Source: Candidatus Lustribacter sp.
GTDB taxonomy: Bacteria; Vulcanimicrobiota; Vulcanimicrobiia; Vulcanimicrobiales; Vulcanimicrobiaceae
Direction: 5' to 3'
Length of the DNA: 64,000 nucleotides
NCBI GenBank assembly: GCA_965277805.1
Contig: OZ255842.1
Coordinates: 4,096,001 to 4,160,000 of the forward strand
Of the stretch, positions 38,468 through 48,147 are shown piece by piece. The notes under the pieces were generated by a model, which made no database searches, was not told the origin of the DNA, and saw only the letters and a program-made list of their open reading frames with translations. Each line of letters starts with the position of its first letter. Position 1 is the stretch's first letter. The position numbers and the translations under genes were made by a program.

Positions 38468-38656
38468 CTAGTGGAGGTCGCTGCGGTCTTGTTGCGTCGT
38501 GATCGTCATGAAGCGTTGCGTGCTGATGTGTTCCCACGGCTGCAAGATGAAGAGCGCGATGATCGCTGCGATGACGAGCAGGGCGACAAAGCTGGCCGTC
38601 CCGACGGGCCCGTCTCCGCCGCGGATGATGGCGTTACGATCTTCCACGAGTTGCAT
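38468..38656 (-). CDS. Small single-TM membrane protein
   Basis: FVALLVIAAIIALFILQPW helix; start uncertain (38656 or 38647). Confidence 0.55.
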   Translation of the reverse strand: MQLVEDRNAIIRGGDGPVGTASFVALLVIAAIIALFILQPWEHISTQRFMTITTQQDRSDLH

Positions 38657-38657
38657 A

Positions 38658-38681
38658 CTACCCGTCCAAGGCAGGACTAAC
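38658..38681 (-). promoter_or_regulatory. SigB-type promoter heading the small-protein/ligD/phosphatase run
   Basis: GTTA-N14-GGGTAG on the minus strand. Confidence 0.5.
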
Positions 38682-38686
38682 ACGCG

Positions 38687-39517
38687 GTGCGCATTACAAA
38701 AGCAAGCGTGCTCAGGACGACGATAACTGCTGCGCCGGGCGTACGGTCGAAGACATCGCTGGTGTTCGTGCACGGTGGTTCGCATACGGGCGCCTGCTAT
38801 GTTGAAACGCCCGACGGGCGCGCGGGCTGGGCGCCCTACGCCGCCGCGCGCGGCCGCACGTCATATGTGTTCGATTGGCCGGGCCACGGCGTGAACCCGG
38901 CGCCGCCGGATTTCGCAACGATGTCGATGGAAGCCGCCGCCGGCGCGCTCGTCGCCGATCTTGCGCAGATCGGACCTGCGGTTCTCGTTACCCACAGTAT
39001 GGGCGGCGTGGTGGGTTGGCGTGCGGCCGACATGGATCGGCAAAATATCGCTGCGATCGTCGCAATCGCACCGGGGCCACCGGCGAATCTGCAACCGCTC
39101 GGAGACGCGACGCTCGCACTCGCAGAAGATGCGCCGGTGCAGCCGGACCGCGCGATCGCACTCAAGATGTGGGCCAATAGCGAACGCTTTCCGCATCCCG
39201 CGTTCGAAACGTATCTGGCGGGACTCGTTCCCGAAAGCCCGCGTGCGATGAACGAGCGTAACAACCTCCACGGCAACGGCGTGCGCGTCACGGGACCCGC
39301 GGCCTTGGCCGGCATTCCGATCGTCGTGATTACCGGCGATTCGGATCCCCGTCATCCGCGCGATGTCGATGCAGAAGTCGCGGCGTACTTCGGGGCCGAC
39401 TTTATCTGGCTCGCCGATCGCGGCCTCACCGGACACGGTCACATGATGATGATCGAACGCGGCCACGACGTGGTGGCCGATATCTTCTTAGACTGGCTCG
39501 ACGCGCACGGACTTTAG
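38687..39517 (+). CDS. Alpha/beta hydrolase
   Basis: VFVHGG, DWPGHG, THSMGG nucleophile elbow, GHGHMMMIE. Confidence 0.88.
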   Translation: MRITKASVLRTTITAAPGVRSKTSLVFVHGGSHTGACYVETPDGRAGWAPYAAARGRTSYVFDWPGHGVNPAPPDFATMSMEAAAGALVADLAQIGPAVLVTHSMGGVVGWRAADMDRQNIAAIVAIAPGPPANLQPLGDATLALAEDAPVQPDRAIALKMWANSERFPHPAFETYLAGLVPESPRAMNERNNLHGNGVRVTGPAALAGIPIVVITGDSDPRHPRDVDAEVAAYFGADFIWLADRGLTGHGHMMMIERGHDVVADIFLDWLDAHGL

Positions 39518-41602
39518 GATCGCGGCGACTTTCTCGACGCCGCTGACGATGAGGTCGGTCTCGGCGACGATCACCTCGACGGCCGGGTCGCCGCGTTCGT
39601 CGAGCGCGCGCCGCAGCGCGATCTGATCGGCGCGTAACGGCGGCAAGTCGGCCGGCGGTTCGCCGCTGCGCAACGCGTGGACGAGCGCGTGCATCGCGAT
39701 GTCGAGGTCGCCCGCAAACTGATCGATCAGCGCGTGCGGCGCGCCGGTAATGCGCACCACGCGGGCGTGCAGCGTCAGCGCGGCGATGCCGAGCCGCCGC
39801 GTCGCCGATAGGATGTTGCGCGCCTTGCCGAGCGTGATACCGCGCGGGCGCACCGGCTCGCCGGCCATCGATTCGACCGACGCTTGCGCGTTGGAACGCG
39901 CGCGCCAGACCGCGACTTGGGCAGCACGGATTTTGCTTTCATCCGGCTCCGCTTCGGCATAACCGAGCAGTACGAGGCCGATATAGCGGCGTTGCGCATC
40001 GATGAGGTCGGCGAGGTCGTCGGCAACGCGCGAGTGCGTCCACGCCGGCCACGCGCCGTACGCAACGAGCGCCAACAGGCCGCCGATGATGGTCGCAACG
40101 ACGCGGTCGATCGCCGAGTCGTGTTCGGGCGCGCCGCCGAACGCCAGCAGGTAGACGATATAGCCCGTGATGGCCGCGCTGAAGATCGCGTAGCTCACGT
40201 TGAAGAGTGCGAAGGCTAGGCCCGCAAACACGATCGCAAGCGCGATGTAGGCATCCGCGTTCGGATGAAACGCTGCCACGATTGAGGCGACGATCGCGCC
40301 GCCGACCGTCCCCGCAACGCGCGCGACGCCGCGCGTGAACGTCGAGGCGAAATCGGGGCGCAGCACGAGGATGACGGTCAACCCGATCCACTGCCCGTGC
40401 GCGAGCGGCAGCAGATGCTGCGCGATCACGGCGATCGTCAACGTGACGGTGAGCCGGATCGCATGCCGCGCGTAGCTCGAATCCCACGAGCAGTTGGCGA
40501 GCAGGCGGCTCGCCATCTCGCGCAGCTTCGCTGCATTCGGCCAGGCGACGTGCAGCGCCGCATCGCCGATCACGAGCCCGCCGTTGGCGGCAGCCGTCGC
40601 GGAGCGCATTGCGGCGCGCAGCTGGCTCACCAGCGCGCGGCCGTCGTGAACGTAGGGTGCGGTGTCGGACGGCGCGCGTTCCAACTCGCGCACGGCGCCC
40701 GCCAGCGCGCGGCGTTCTGCCTCGGCGGCAGCCGGCGAGCGGCCCTGGGCGAGCGCCGCCGCGAGTTCATCCAGTAACGGTCCGGCCGCAATCAAGACGT
40801 TCCGCACGAGTCCCGCGACGTCGCGCATCCCGGTGTCCGCCAGCAGTTGCTGTTCGGTTGCAAGCGCGGCCAACGTGGCGCGCAAACGTTCGGCCTCGTC
40901 GGCCAAGGCTTGATAGGCCGCGATCTCGGCACGGCTGCCGAACGGCTGCGGATCGGCCAACGCCGCGGTGACGGCCGACACCGATTGCGTGTCAGGCAAG
41001 CCGAAATCGTCGGCGTGCTCGCCGGTCGCGTACTTCGAGAGCGTGCTGAACGCGGCCGCAAGCGCCGAGCGTTCGGCCCGGAAATGCCCGAGCGGCCAAA
41101 CGAGCACCAGCAGCAGCATCTGCAGCACGCCGCCCGCAAATACTGCCAGCGCGTGCAAGGCCGGTATCCCGGTGTCGTACGGTGCGTTGGAAAAGACGAC
41201 GAAGGCGACGCACGCGTTGACCGATACGACGATCGCGGAACGGCCGAGCACGCCGATGAGGCCGAACCCGAGGGTCCACACCGCGAGCAGCGCGATGTTG
41301 AGGGCCGGAATCGTTCCGGTCGACGCCCCCGCGAACGCCGAGAGCGCCAGCGCCGCGCTGGCCGCGAGCATCGCGCCGACGCGCGTGCGGTAGACGCCCT
41401 GGCGCGACGCGAGCCCGGTGACGAGCGCGCCGTACGCTGCCGCCGCACCGTCCAACGGCTGACCGGCGAGCGCCGAAACGATCAGCGGAATCGCCACGCC
41501 GGCGGTGCAGCGCACCGCGAACCGTCCTTCGAGGCCGGCCCAGTTTAGACGCAGCGCGTCGGCGAAGATCCGCCGCGCGACCCTAGTGCCGGTAGAAGAC
41601 AT
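39488..41602 (-). CDS. FUSC family membrane protein (YccS/YhfK-like)
   Basis: RHAIRL, HGQWIGLTVILVLRPD, RVAGTVGG, DRVVATIIG. Confidence 0.88.
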   Translation of the reverse strand: MSSTGTRVARRIFADALRLNWAGLEGRFAVRCTAGVAIPLIVSALAGQPLDGAAAAYGALVTGLASRQGVYRTRVGAMLAASAALALSAFAGASTGTIPALNIALLAVWTLGFGLIGVLGRSAIVVSVNACVAFVVFSNAPYDTGIPALHALAVFAGGVLQMLLLVLVWPLGHFRAERSALAAAFSTLSKYATGEHADDFGLPDTQSVSAVTAALADPQPFGSRAEIAAYQALADEAERLRATLAALATEQQLLADTGMRDVAGLVRNVLIAAGPLLDELAAALAQGRSPAAAEAERRALAGAVRELERAPSDTAPYVHDGRALVSQLRAAMRSATAAANGGLVIGDAALHVAWPNAAKLREMASRLLANCSWDSSYARHAIRLTVTLTIAVIAQHLLPLAHGQWIGLTVILVLRPDFASTFTRGVARVAGTVGGAIVASIVAAFHPNADAYIALAIVFAGLAFALFNVSYAIFSAAITGYIVYLLAFGGAPEHDSAIDRVVATIIGGLLALVAYGAWPAWTHSRVADDLADLIDAQRRYIGLVLLGYAEAEPDESKIRAAQVAVWRARSNAQASVESMAGEPVRPRGITLGKARNILSATRRLGIAALTLHARVVRITGAPHALIDQFAGDLDIAMHALVHALRSGEPPADLPPLRADQIALRRALDERGDPAVEVIVAETDLIVSGVEKVAAILKSVRVEPV

Positions 41603-42755
41603 TCCAAAACCAGATGCCCCACAGGCCGGCCGCAACCGACCACGCGATCGCGATTTTGGCGAGCAGCGGGACGCGCATCGGCATGGCCAGCGCCATCAAG
41701 ACGACGACGAACGGTTCGAAATCGAGCGCGTGCCGCATGCCGAATTGCGCGTAACCGTTCACGTAGTAGATGAACGACGGCCCGGCCACGAGCAGCGTAG
41801 CGAGCCACAGACCGGCGACCAGCGGGCGCGGACGCCGCGCGAAGAGCGCGATGACGAGCGCCGGGCTCGTCCACGTCATCGCGACGCCGTTCAGCGTCGG
41901 CACGACGAACGGCCACGCGGCGAGAAACCGCGGACCTTGCCAGAAGAACGACCACAATTCATACGGGAAGTAGCGTAACTGGAACGGCGAACCGTCCGGC
42001 GAGCCCGCCGAATCCTGGTGATACCACGCGGTGTAGCCGATGTCGTACCAGACGCCCCAGCGATTGAGGTTGTAGATCACCCACAGCGCGGCGCCGAGCG
42101 CGATGACGGCGCCGAAGCCGATCGCGGCGCGGCGGCGTTCGCCGGCATCGCGATCGCGTAACGTGAGCCACGCGAACACCGGAATCGCCAGCACCAGCGA
42201 GAAGCGCGAGAACGCGGCGGCCACGAGCGCCAGCGCAATCAGCGATCCGCGTTTCTTCCCGGTGAGTTCGGCCAGCGCCAACAACGTGCACGCCACCGAC
42301 GCGACGTGCGCCATGAACCACACGTCGCCGAGCATCGCGCACCAGGCGAGCTGCGTTCCGGCGAAGAGAAACGCAGTGATCCAGACGTTGACCGTGCGGC
42401 TGACGCCGAGCTGTTCGCAGGTGCGCCAGCATGCGCCGGCCGCGACGCCGCACAACAGCAGCGCGAGCGTGGTTTGGTTGGCCGTGCCGAACACCGCGAC
42501 CCAGGGCAAGAGCGCGATCGCCGGAGTTGGACCCTCGATGATGTAGTAGCGATTGCCGAACGGCAGCGCGTCGATCCATGCCCCCGGCCACGCAATCGCG
42601 GTTTGGCCGTGCAAGAGCGCTTGCGCGAGCAGCACGTAACCGTTGTACGGCGAGCTGCGGCCGTGCGAGAAGATCGCCGCCAGCACGAACGCGAGCAGGC
42701 CGGCGGCGCAGGCCGGCGCGAGCGGCCAACGCGTCGCGACCTTAGCGAAGCGCAT
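41583..42755 (-). CDS. Multi-pass membrane protein, probable GT-C fold glycosyltransferase
   Basis: About 10 TM with polar loops (WYDIGY, QFGMRHALDF); overlaps the upstream DUF2723-like gene. Confidence 0.55.
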   Translation of the reverse strand: MRFAKVATRWPLAPACAAGLLAFVLAAIFSHGRSSPYNGYVLLAQALLHGQTAIAWPGAWIDALPFGNRYYIIEGPTPAIALLPWVAVFGTANQTTLALLLCGVAAGACWRTCEQLGVSRTVNVWITAFLFAGTQLAWCAMLGDVWFMAHVASVACTLLALAELTGKKRGSLIALALVAAAFSRFSLVLAIPVFAWLTLRDRDAGERRRAAIGFGAVIALGAALWVIYNLNRWGVWYDIGYTAWYHQDSAGSPDGSPFQLRYFPYELWSFFWQGPRFLAAWPFVVPTLNGVAMTWTSPALVIALFARRPRPLVAGLWLATLLVAGPSFIYYVNGYAQFGMRHALDFEPFVVVLMALAMPMRVPLLAKIAIAWSVAAGLWGIWFWNVFYRH

Positions 42756-44214
42756 ACAGATGCGGCGAGCCGTCGTCGAGCTCGCGGACGTGAAAGGCGG
42801 TGAACGTTTCGGGATCGTCGGAAATCACGACGATCGGATGCGCCGGCAGCCAGCGCCGGTAGCTCGGCTCGAACTCGTGCGGGCCGGCGGTGAGCACGAT
42901 GCGGTCGCCGAGGCCGTGCAGCACGTACGCGCCGTAGGCGAGCGTCGTCGCGTAGTTCCACGGCGCGACGATAATCGAGTGCAACGGCGTGACGGCAGTG
43001 ATGCGGGCGATGAAATCGCGCCCATCGTGCTGCGCCGGCTGCGCGAAGAGCTGCGAACTCGCGCTGAAGTCATTGCCGAGCAACGTGATCCACGCAAGCC
43101 CAACGACCGCCAGCGCGGCATAACGCGCGATGCCGTGCATTCCGGCGTCGAGCACGGCCACGCCGTAGCCGGCCGCCGCAACGAGCACGAAGAGCGCGGG
43201 CAAGTAGTAGCGCGTCGCTTCGGACTCGACCGGATACGCAGCGGTAAAGAGGATGGGCAGCAAGCCCAGCACGATGCCGCCCGCCAGCAGCAGCGGCGTG
43301 CGCCACCACAGCATCACGCCGCCGAACAGCGCGAGCCACGGTAACGCGCCGCCGAGATCGTGCGCGGCCAGCGGCGCGAAATTCTCGGCCACGCCGCGCA
43401 GCGCCGCCGGCGAAAACATGGCGATGACGGCTTGGTGCGGAGAGAAATCGCTGCCGGTTACGACGCGCGTGAAGCCCGCCCACGTTGCGGGATGTCCATC
43501 ATCCCAAAACGGCCGGCCGGGTGCGAGGCCGAGTGCGAGCGTCGGATCGAGGCGCGCGGCGGTGACGACAGCGCTGCGCACGGGGAGATACGCGTAGACC
43601 GCGATCACGGCGAGCGAGCCCGCCAGCGCGGCCGTCAGCGCGCGGCGCAACGGTACCCGGCGCGTCAAGAACATCAGCGCGAGGCCCGGCAGCGCGAGCA
43701 CCGTGCTGTTGTCGATCGTCAGCGCGGCAACGGTGGCAACGAGCGCCGCAATCGCATCGAACGTGATGCCGCTGCTGCTCCAGCGCGCCGCGTACACGGC
43801 TGCCCACGCGATCGCGCAGAAGCCGACCGGGTGCACGTCGACATAGGTCGCATGCGTCCACGGTATCGCGGCCAGCGCGAACGAGAGCGCGGCGCCGAAT
43901 CCGATCGCGGTCGCCGCACCGAGCGTGATCAAGAGCGCGGCCAAGGCCGCCGCCGTGCCCGCCGATTCGATTGCGGCGAGCACGTTGAGCCGCCAAGCAA
44001 CGCTACCAATGACGAAGATGTGACTCCACAGCCAACCCGCGAGGACGTAGCCCGGGAAGCCGGTCGGGTAGGGAATACCCAAGATGTACGGCACGGTCTG
44101 GAGATCGGCCGTGTCCCAGAACGAGACGTCGCCGCGCAGCGATGCGAGGTACACGCCCAGCGGCACCGCAAACGCGACGAGAATTGCAGTCGTCGAACGC
44201 AGGCGAGGACTCAA
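42742..44214 (-). CDS. DUF2723/TMEM260-like membrane glycosyltransferase
   Basis: WDTADLQ, LGIPYPTGFPGY, AWRLN, YAYLPVR, RYYLP; start approximate. Confidence 0.75.
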   Translation of the reverse strand: MSPRLRSTTAILVAFAVPLGVYLASLRGDVSFWDTADLQTVPYILGIPYPTGFPGYVLAGWLWSHIFVIGSVAWRLNVLAAIESAGTAAALAALLITLGAATAIGFGAALSFALAAIPWTHATYVDVHPVGFCAIAWAAVYAARWSSSGITFDAIAALVATVAALTIDNSTVLALPGLALMFLTRRVPLRRALTAALAGSLAVIAVYAYLPVRSAVVTAARLDPTLALGLAPGRPFWDDGHPATWAGFTRVVTGSDFSPHQAVIAMFSPAALRGVAENFAPLAAHDLGGALPWLALFGGVMLWWRTPLLLAGGIVLGLLPILFTAAYPVESEATRYYLPALFVLVAAAGYGVAVLDAGMHGIARYAALAVVGLAWITLLGNDFSASSQLFAQPAQHDGRDFIARITAVTPLHSIIVAPWNYATTLAYGAYVLHGLGDRIVLTAGPHEFEPSYRRWLPAHPIVVISDDPETFTAFHVRELDDGSPHLYALR

Positions 44215-44236
44215 GAGCGACAAACTACGCTCGACG

Positions 44237-45832
44237 ATGGATCGTAGCCTGTCTAAGCGCGTCGTGGTCGCTGAATCGTTCGCCGAGCAAGGTCTCGCAA
44301 TTCTCCGTGAGGCCGGGATTACGGTCGACTCGATGGTCGGCCGCTCGCGCGACGACCTCAAGGCCTCGCTCGGCACCGCCGACGGGCTGATCGTGCGCTC
44401 GGAAACCCGCGTCGACCGCGATTTGCTCGCGGCCGGCCCGAAGCTGACCGTCGTGGCGCGGGCCGGCGTCGGCGTCGACTCGATCGACGTGCCGGCCGCA
44501 ACCGATGCCGGCGTCGTCGTGCTCAATACGCCGGCCGCGAACACGCTCTCGGCGGTCGAACTTACCTTCGGCTTAATGATCTCGCTTGCGCGCCACATCC
44601 CGCGCGCCGCGCAGTCGTTGCGCGAAGGACGCTGGGATCGTCTCAAACTCGTCGGCACCGAACTCGCCGGCAAGACGCTAGGCATCGTCGGCCTCGGCCG
44701 CATCGGCGGCAACGTCGCGACGCGCGCGCGCGCCTTCGGCATGCACGTGCAGACGCACGATCCGTACATCGCCTCGGCCCGGGCCGACGCGTTCGATACG
44801 AAACTGGTCGATCTCGAAACGCTGCTGCGCACATCGGATATCGTGACGCTGCACGTGCCGCTCAACGGCGAAACGCGCGGTCTGATCGATCTCGACAAAC
44901 TGCGCATGATGCAAAAGCATGCGTTCATCATCAATTGCGCGCGCGGCGGCGTGATTGTCGAAGATGCGCTGCTCGCAGCGCTCGACGAAGGCGCGATCGC
45001 GGGCGCCGCGATCGACGTCGTGGCGGTCGAACCTCCGCCACCCGACGGCATCGGGGCCAAACTGCACCAGCATCCGAAGCTGATTGCAACGCCGCACCTC
45101 GGCGGCTCGACCACCGAAGCGCTGGCGCGCATCGCGAACGAACTGGCGGAAGACGTCGCGCGCGTGCTGCTCGGTGCACCCGGCATGGGCGCGGTCAACG
45201 CACCTGTTCCCGACGGACCCGAAGCCGACCGCGTGCTGCCGTTCCTCGACGTCGCCTATCGCATGGGCCGCTTCTTTCCGCAGTTTGCCAGTGGCGACGC
45301 GCACGGCTCCTACGCGATGCAGCTGCAAGGCGATCTCACCGCGATTCCGGCCGATGCGTTCGTGCGCGCGTTTCTCTCGGGTCTGCTGCAAACGACCACC
45401 GACCGGCGCGTCTCGATCGTGAACGCCGAGAGCATCGCGGCGGAACTCGGCATCCGCGTCGAAGCGCGGCCCGATGCATCGCCCACGCCGTACGCCGGCG
45501 CGCTGCGCGTCACCGGCGGCTCGATGACGGTCACCGGCACGTCGGTCAACGGCAGCCCGCGCATCGTCGAGGCCGGCGGCTTCGAGATCGACGCGCCGCC
45601 GATCGGCGACATGATCGTTACCCAGCATCACGACGTGCCCGGCATGATCGGCCGCGTCGGCACGATCATCGGTGACGCGTCGGTGAACATCTCGACGATG
45701 CAGGTGTCGCGCAACGCGATCGGCGGCGACGCGATCATGGTGCTCGGCATCGATCGTCCGGCCGACGACGCGACGCTCGCCGCGCTGCGCGGGATTCCCG
45801 GCGTGCATTCGGTGCGCTCGCTCTCGCTCTGA
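44237..45832 (+). CDS. serA: D-3-phosphoglycerate dehydrogenase (with ASB and ACT domains)
   Basis: RAGVGVD, GKTLGIVGLGRIG, INCARGG, TPHLGGST, DVPGMIG. Confidence 0.95.
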   Translation: MDRSLSKRVVVAESFAEQGLAILREAGITVDSMVGRSRDDLKASLGTADGLIVRSETRVDRDLLAAGPKLTVVARAGVGVDSIDVPAATDAGVVVLNTPAANTLSAVELTFGLMISLARHIPRAAQSLREGRWDRLKLVGTELAGKTLGIVGLGRIGGNVATRARAFGMHVQTHDPYIASARADAFDTKLVDLETLLRTSDIVTLHVPLNGETRGLIDLDKLRMMQKHAFIINCARGGVIVEDALLAALDEGAIAGAAIDVVAVEPPPPDGIGAKLHQHPKLIATPHLGGSTTEALARIANELAEDVARVLLGAPGMGAVNAPVPDGPEADRVLPFLDVAYRMGRFFPQFASGDAHGSYAMQLQGDLTAIPADAFVRAFLSGLLQTTTDRRVSIVNAESIAAELGIRVEARPDASPTPYAGALRVTGGSMTVTGTSVNGSPRIVEAGGFEIDAPPIGDMIVTQHHDVPGMIGRVGTIIGDASVNISTMQVSRNAIGGDAIMVLGIDRPADDATLAALRGIPGVHSVRSLSL

Positions 45833-45834
45833 TC

Positions 45835-46467
45835 GTGAAGCTGTACATCGCACGCCACGCCGAGACGACGTGGAATCTGGCCGGCCGCTATCAGGGCCGT
45901 CGCGAATCCGCGCTCTCGGCGCGCGGCATTCAACAAGGCTTCGCGCTCGCGGAAGCGTTCGCGCACGCCGATCCCGCACCGGTGCGCATCATCGCAAGCC
46001 CGATGCAGCGCACGCGCGCAACCGCAACGTTCGTCGCCGAGCGCCTCAACGTGCCGCTCGAAACCGACGATGCGCTAATCGAGATCGCGCACGGAACATG
46101 GGAAGGCCGCTTGCGCGATGAGATCGCCGCGAACGATCCGGCGCGTTATACGACGTGGCGCGAACGTCCGGCCGAAGTGGCGTTCGAAGAGGGCGAATCG
46201 CTCGAAGACGTCGCCGGCCGCTGGAAACGTTTCCGCGCGCACCTGCGCGTCGACACGCCGACGCTCTTGGTCACACACGACGCGATCGTACGCGCCGCCC
46301 TGCTCGACATCGCCGCCCGCCCGCTCAGCGATTTCTGGCAGATCCGCGTCGAAAACGCCGCCTACGCCATCGTCGAAGCCGAAGGCCCCCAGTGGACCCT
46401 GCTCGACGAATCCGTCAACACCCACCTCGCCGGAGACCGCGCAGAAATCGCCACCCAAGCGCTGTAA
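45835..46467 (+). CDS. Histidine phosphatase family protein, probable phosphoserine phosphatase (PspA type)
   Basis: RHAET, SPMQR, EIAHGTWEG, GES, VTH; directly follows serA. Confidence 0.8.
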   Translation: MKLYIARHAETTWNLAGRYQGRRESALSARGIQQGFALAEAFAHADPAPVRIIASPMQRTRATATFVAERLNVPLETDDALIEIAHGTWEGRLRDEIAANDPARYTTWRERPAEVAFEEGESLEDVAGRWKRFRAHLRVDTPTLLVTHDAIVRAALLDIAARPLSDFWQIRVENAAYAIVEAEGPQWTLLDESVNTHLAGDRAEIATQAL

Positions 46468-46489
46468 CTCCCGCTTTTGTATTGTTGGT

Positions 46490-46984
46490 CTAGGCAGTGA
46501 CCTCGTGGAGGTGGCCGGTTTCTACTTCGTACACGAAGCCTCGGATGTTGTCGCGGTGGGGGAGTAGGGGGTGTTCGCGGACGCGGATGATCGCGCGGCG
46601 GACCGCGGCGTTGACGTCGGTGAAGCTGCCGAACGCGTAGGGCGCATCGTGGTCGGTTTCGGCGATGAGTTCCGCGCGCAGGGCGGGTTCATCCAAGTTA
46701 TGCAAGCCGCAGTTCGTGTGGTGCATCAGGATGATCTCGCGCGTTTTCAGACGTCGCTGGGAAAGCACGAGCGAACGCAGCATGTCGTCGGTAATCGTGC
46801 CGCCGGCGTTGCGTAAGATGTGCGCTTGTCCCGAGTCGAGTCCGAAGATGCGAAAGGTGTCGATGCGCGAGTCCATACACGTCACGAGCGCGACGTGCAT
46901 GGAGGGAATTTGGGCGCGTGGCCCTTCGAACTCGCTCTCGTGCTCCTTGGCACTGGCGACGAGTTCGTCAATCGCGGAAGCCAT
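46490..46984 (-). CDS. Beta-class carbonic anhydrase
   Basis: CMDSR, RNAGG, HTNCG, GFVYEVETG. Confidence 0.92.
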   Translation of the reverse strand: MASAIDELVASAKEHESEFEGPRAQIPSMHVALVTCMDSRIDTFRIFGLDSGQAHILRNAGGTITDDMLRSLVLSQRRLKTREIILMHHTNCGLHNLDEPALRAELIAETDHDAPYAFGSFTDVNAAVRRAIIRVREHPLLPHRDNIRGFVYEVETGHLHEVTA

Positions 46985-47022
46985 CCCGAAGGGTTGGCCG
47001 TCCTCAGTCGGCCGCCTTCGAC

Positions 47023-48093
47023 TTAATGAACGAGTTTTTCGAGAACGGCTTCTTCGTGCGCTGCGCGCCCGGCGTTGTAGCGGTCGCGGAAGACGCGCCG
47101 CCACTGCAGGCCGCCGCGGTCGTTGTTGATGCTCAGTTCTTGCCAGCCGCCTTCGGCCGGTAAATTTTCTTCCAGCGCTTCGAGCGCTTCGAGGTCTTCG
47201 CCGAGGACGGTGTTCTGGCTGAGGATGCCGCTGCGCTGGGCCCACGGCGCGCGTTCGTTTTTCGCGGGCCGCGCGATCACCCAGAAATCGTGCGTGCTGG
47301 TGCGCGTCTCCGGTGTCAGCGAATAGATGACTTTGCTGAAGAACGCCTGATCGTCGGGGGCTCCGACCGGCGCGACCCGTACGTGCAGCGTGTACTGCGA
47401 GGGGACGTCGTACTCGATGTCTTGCCAGCGGTCGATGTTCTCCGTGATGCCCGTGCTTTGCCGGTAGAACGGCGGCGCCGGTACGTTTTCCATATGCCGG
47501 AAGCAGCGTACGACGTGTCCCTCGACTTCGGTGCGAATCGGGGTGTCCGCGACCTCTTCGCTGCCGATCGTCGAGGCGTGAATGAACGTCTCGTGCGAGA
47601 GGTCCATCAGGTTGTCGATCAAGAGAGCGTAACGGGCTTTGATCGTCCGCATGTCCTTGATGAGGCGCCATTCGGGATCGGTCGTCCAGTGGTGATCGGG
47701 AATCTTGGCGGGATCCGCGTTGGCGGGATCACCCATCCAGATCCAAACGTACGGTCCGCTTTCCACCAGCGGATACGCTTTAACGCGCGCGCTCTTCGGC
47801 ACGTTGGCCTGCCCCGGCACCCAGTTGCACGCGCCGTCGGGGCCGTACTTGAAGCCGTGATAACCGCAGACGATGCTGTCGCCGTCGAGCTTGCCGCGCG
47901 AGAGCGGGTAAGCACGGTGAACGCAACGGTCGGAGAGCGCGACCGGCGTGCCGTCGGCCTGCCGGTACATCACGACCGGTTCCTCGAGGAAAATCCGGCG
48001 CAGCGGCGCGCGAATGATCTCCTCGCCCCAGGCGGCCACATACCAAGCCTCGTGGATGAAGGCTTCGGGAAGATTCGAGCGCGGATTGAGCAT
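47023..48093 (-). CDS. Rieske oxygenase, vanillate O-demethylase (VanA)-like
   Basis: WYVAAW, CVHR...CGYHG, DNLMDLSHETFIH, LTPET. Confidence 0.88.
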   Translation of the reverse strand: MLNPRSNLPEAFIHEAWYVAAWGEEIIRAPLRRIFLEEPVVMYRQADGTPVALSDRCVHRAYPLSRGKLDGDSIVCGYHGFKYGPDGACNWVPGQANVPKSARVKAYPLVESGPYVWIWMGDPANADPAKIPDHHWTTDPEWRLIKDMRTIKARYALLIDNLMDLSHETFIHASTIGSEEVADTPIRTEVEGHVVRCFRHMENVPAPPFYRQSTGITENIDRWQDIEYDVPSQYTLHVRVAPVGAPDDQAFFSKVIYSLTPETRTSTHDFWVIARPAKNERAPWAQRSGILSQNTVLGEDLEALEALEENLPAEGGWQELSINNDRGGLQWRRVFRDRYNAGRAAHEEAVLEKLVH

Positions 48094-48147
48094 GCTCAAT
48101 TATTCGGGATCGGCCGGGTTTTACCCCTGACGCGCCCTCTATCGACC

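Noticed and set aside
42742..45198. 818-aa DUF2723 ORF
   Set aside because: Its N-terminal 330 aa are antisense to serA
46490..47671. Apparent long carbonic anhydrase fusion
   Set aside because: The upstream part is an alternate frame of the VanA-like gene
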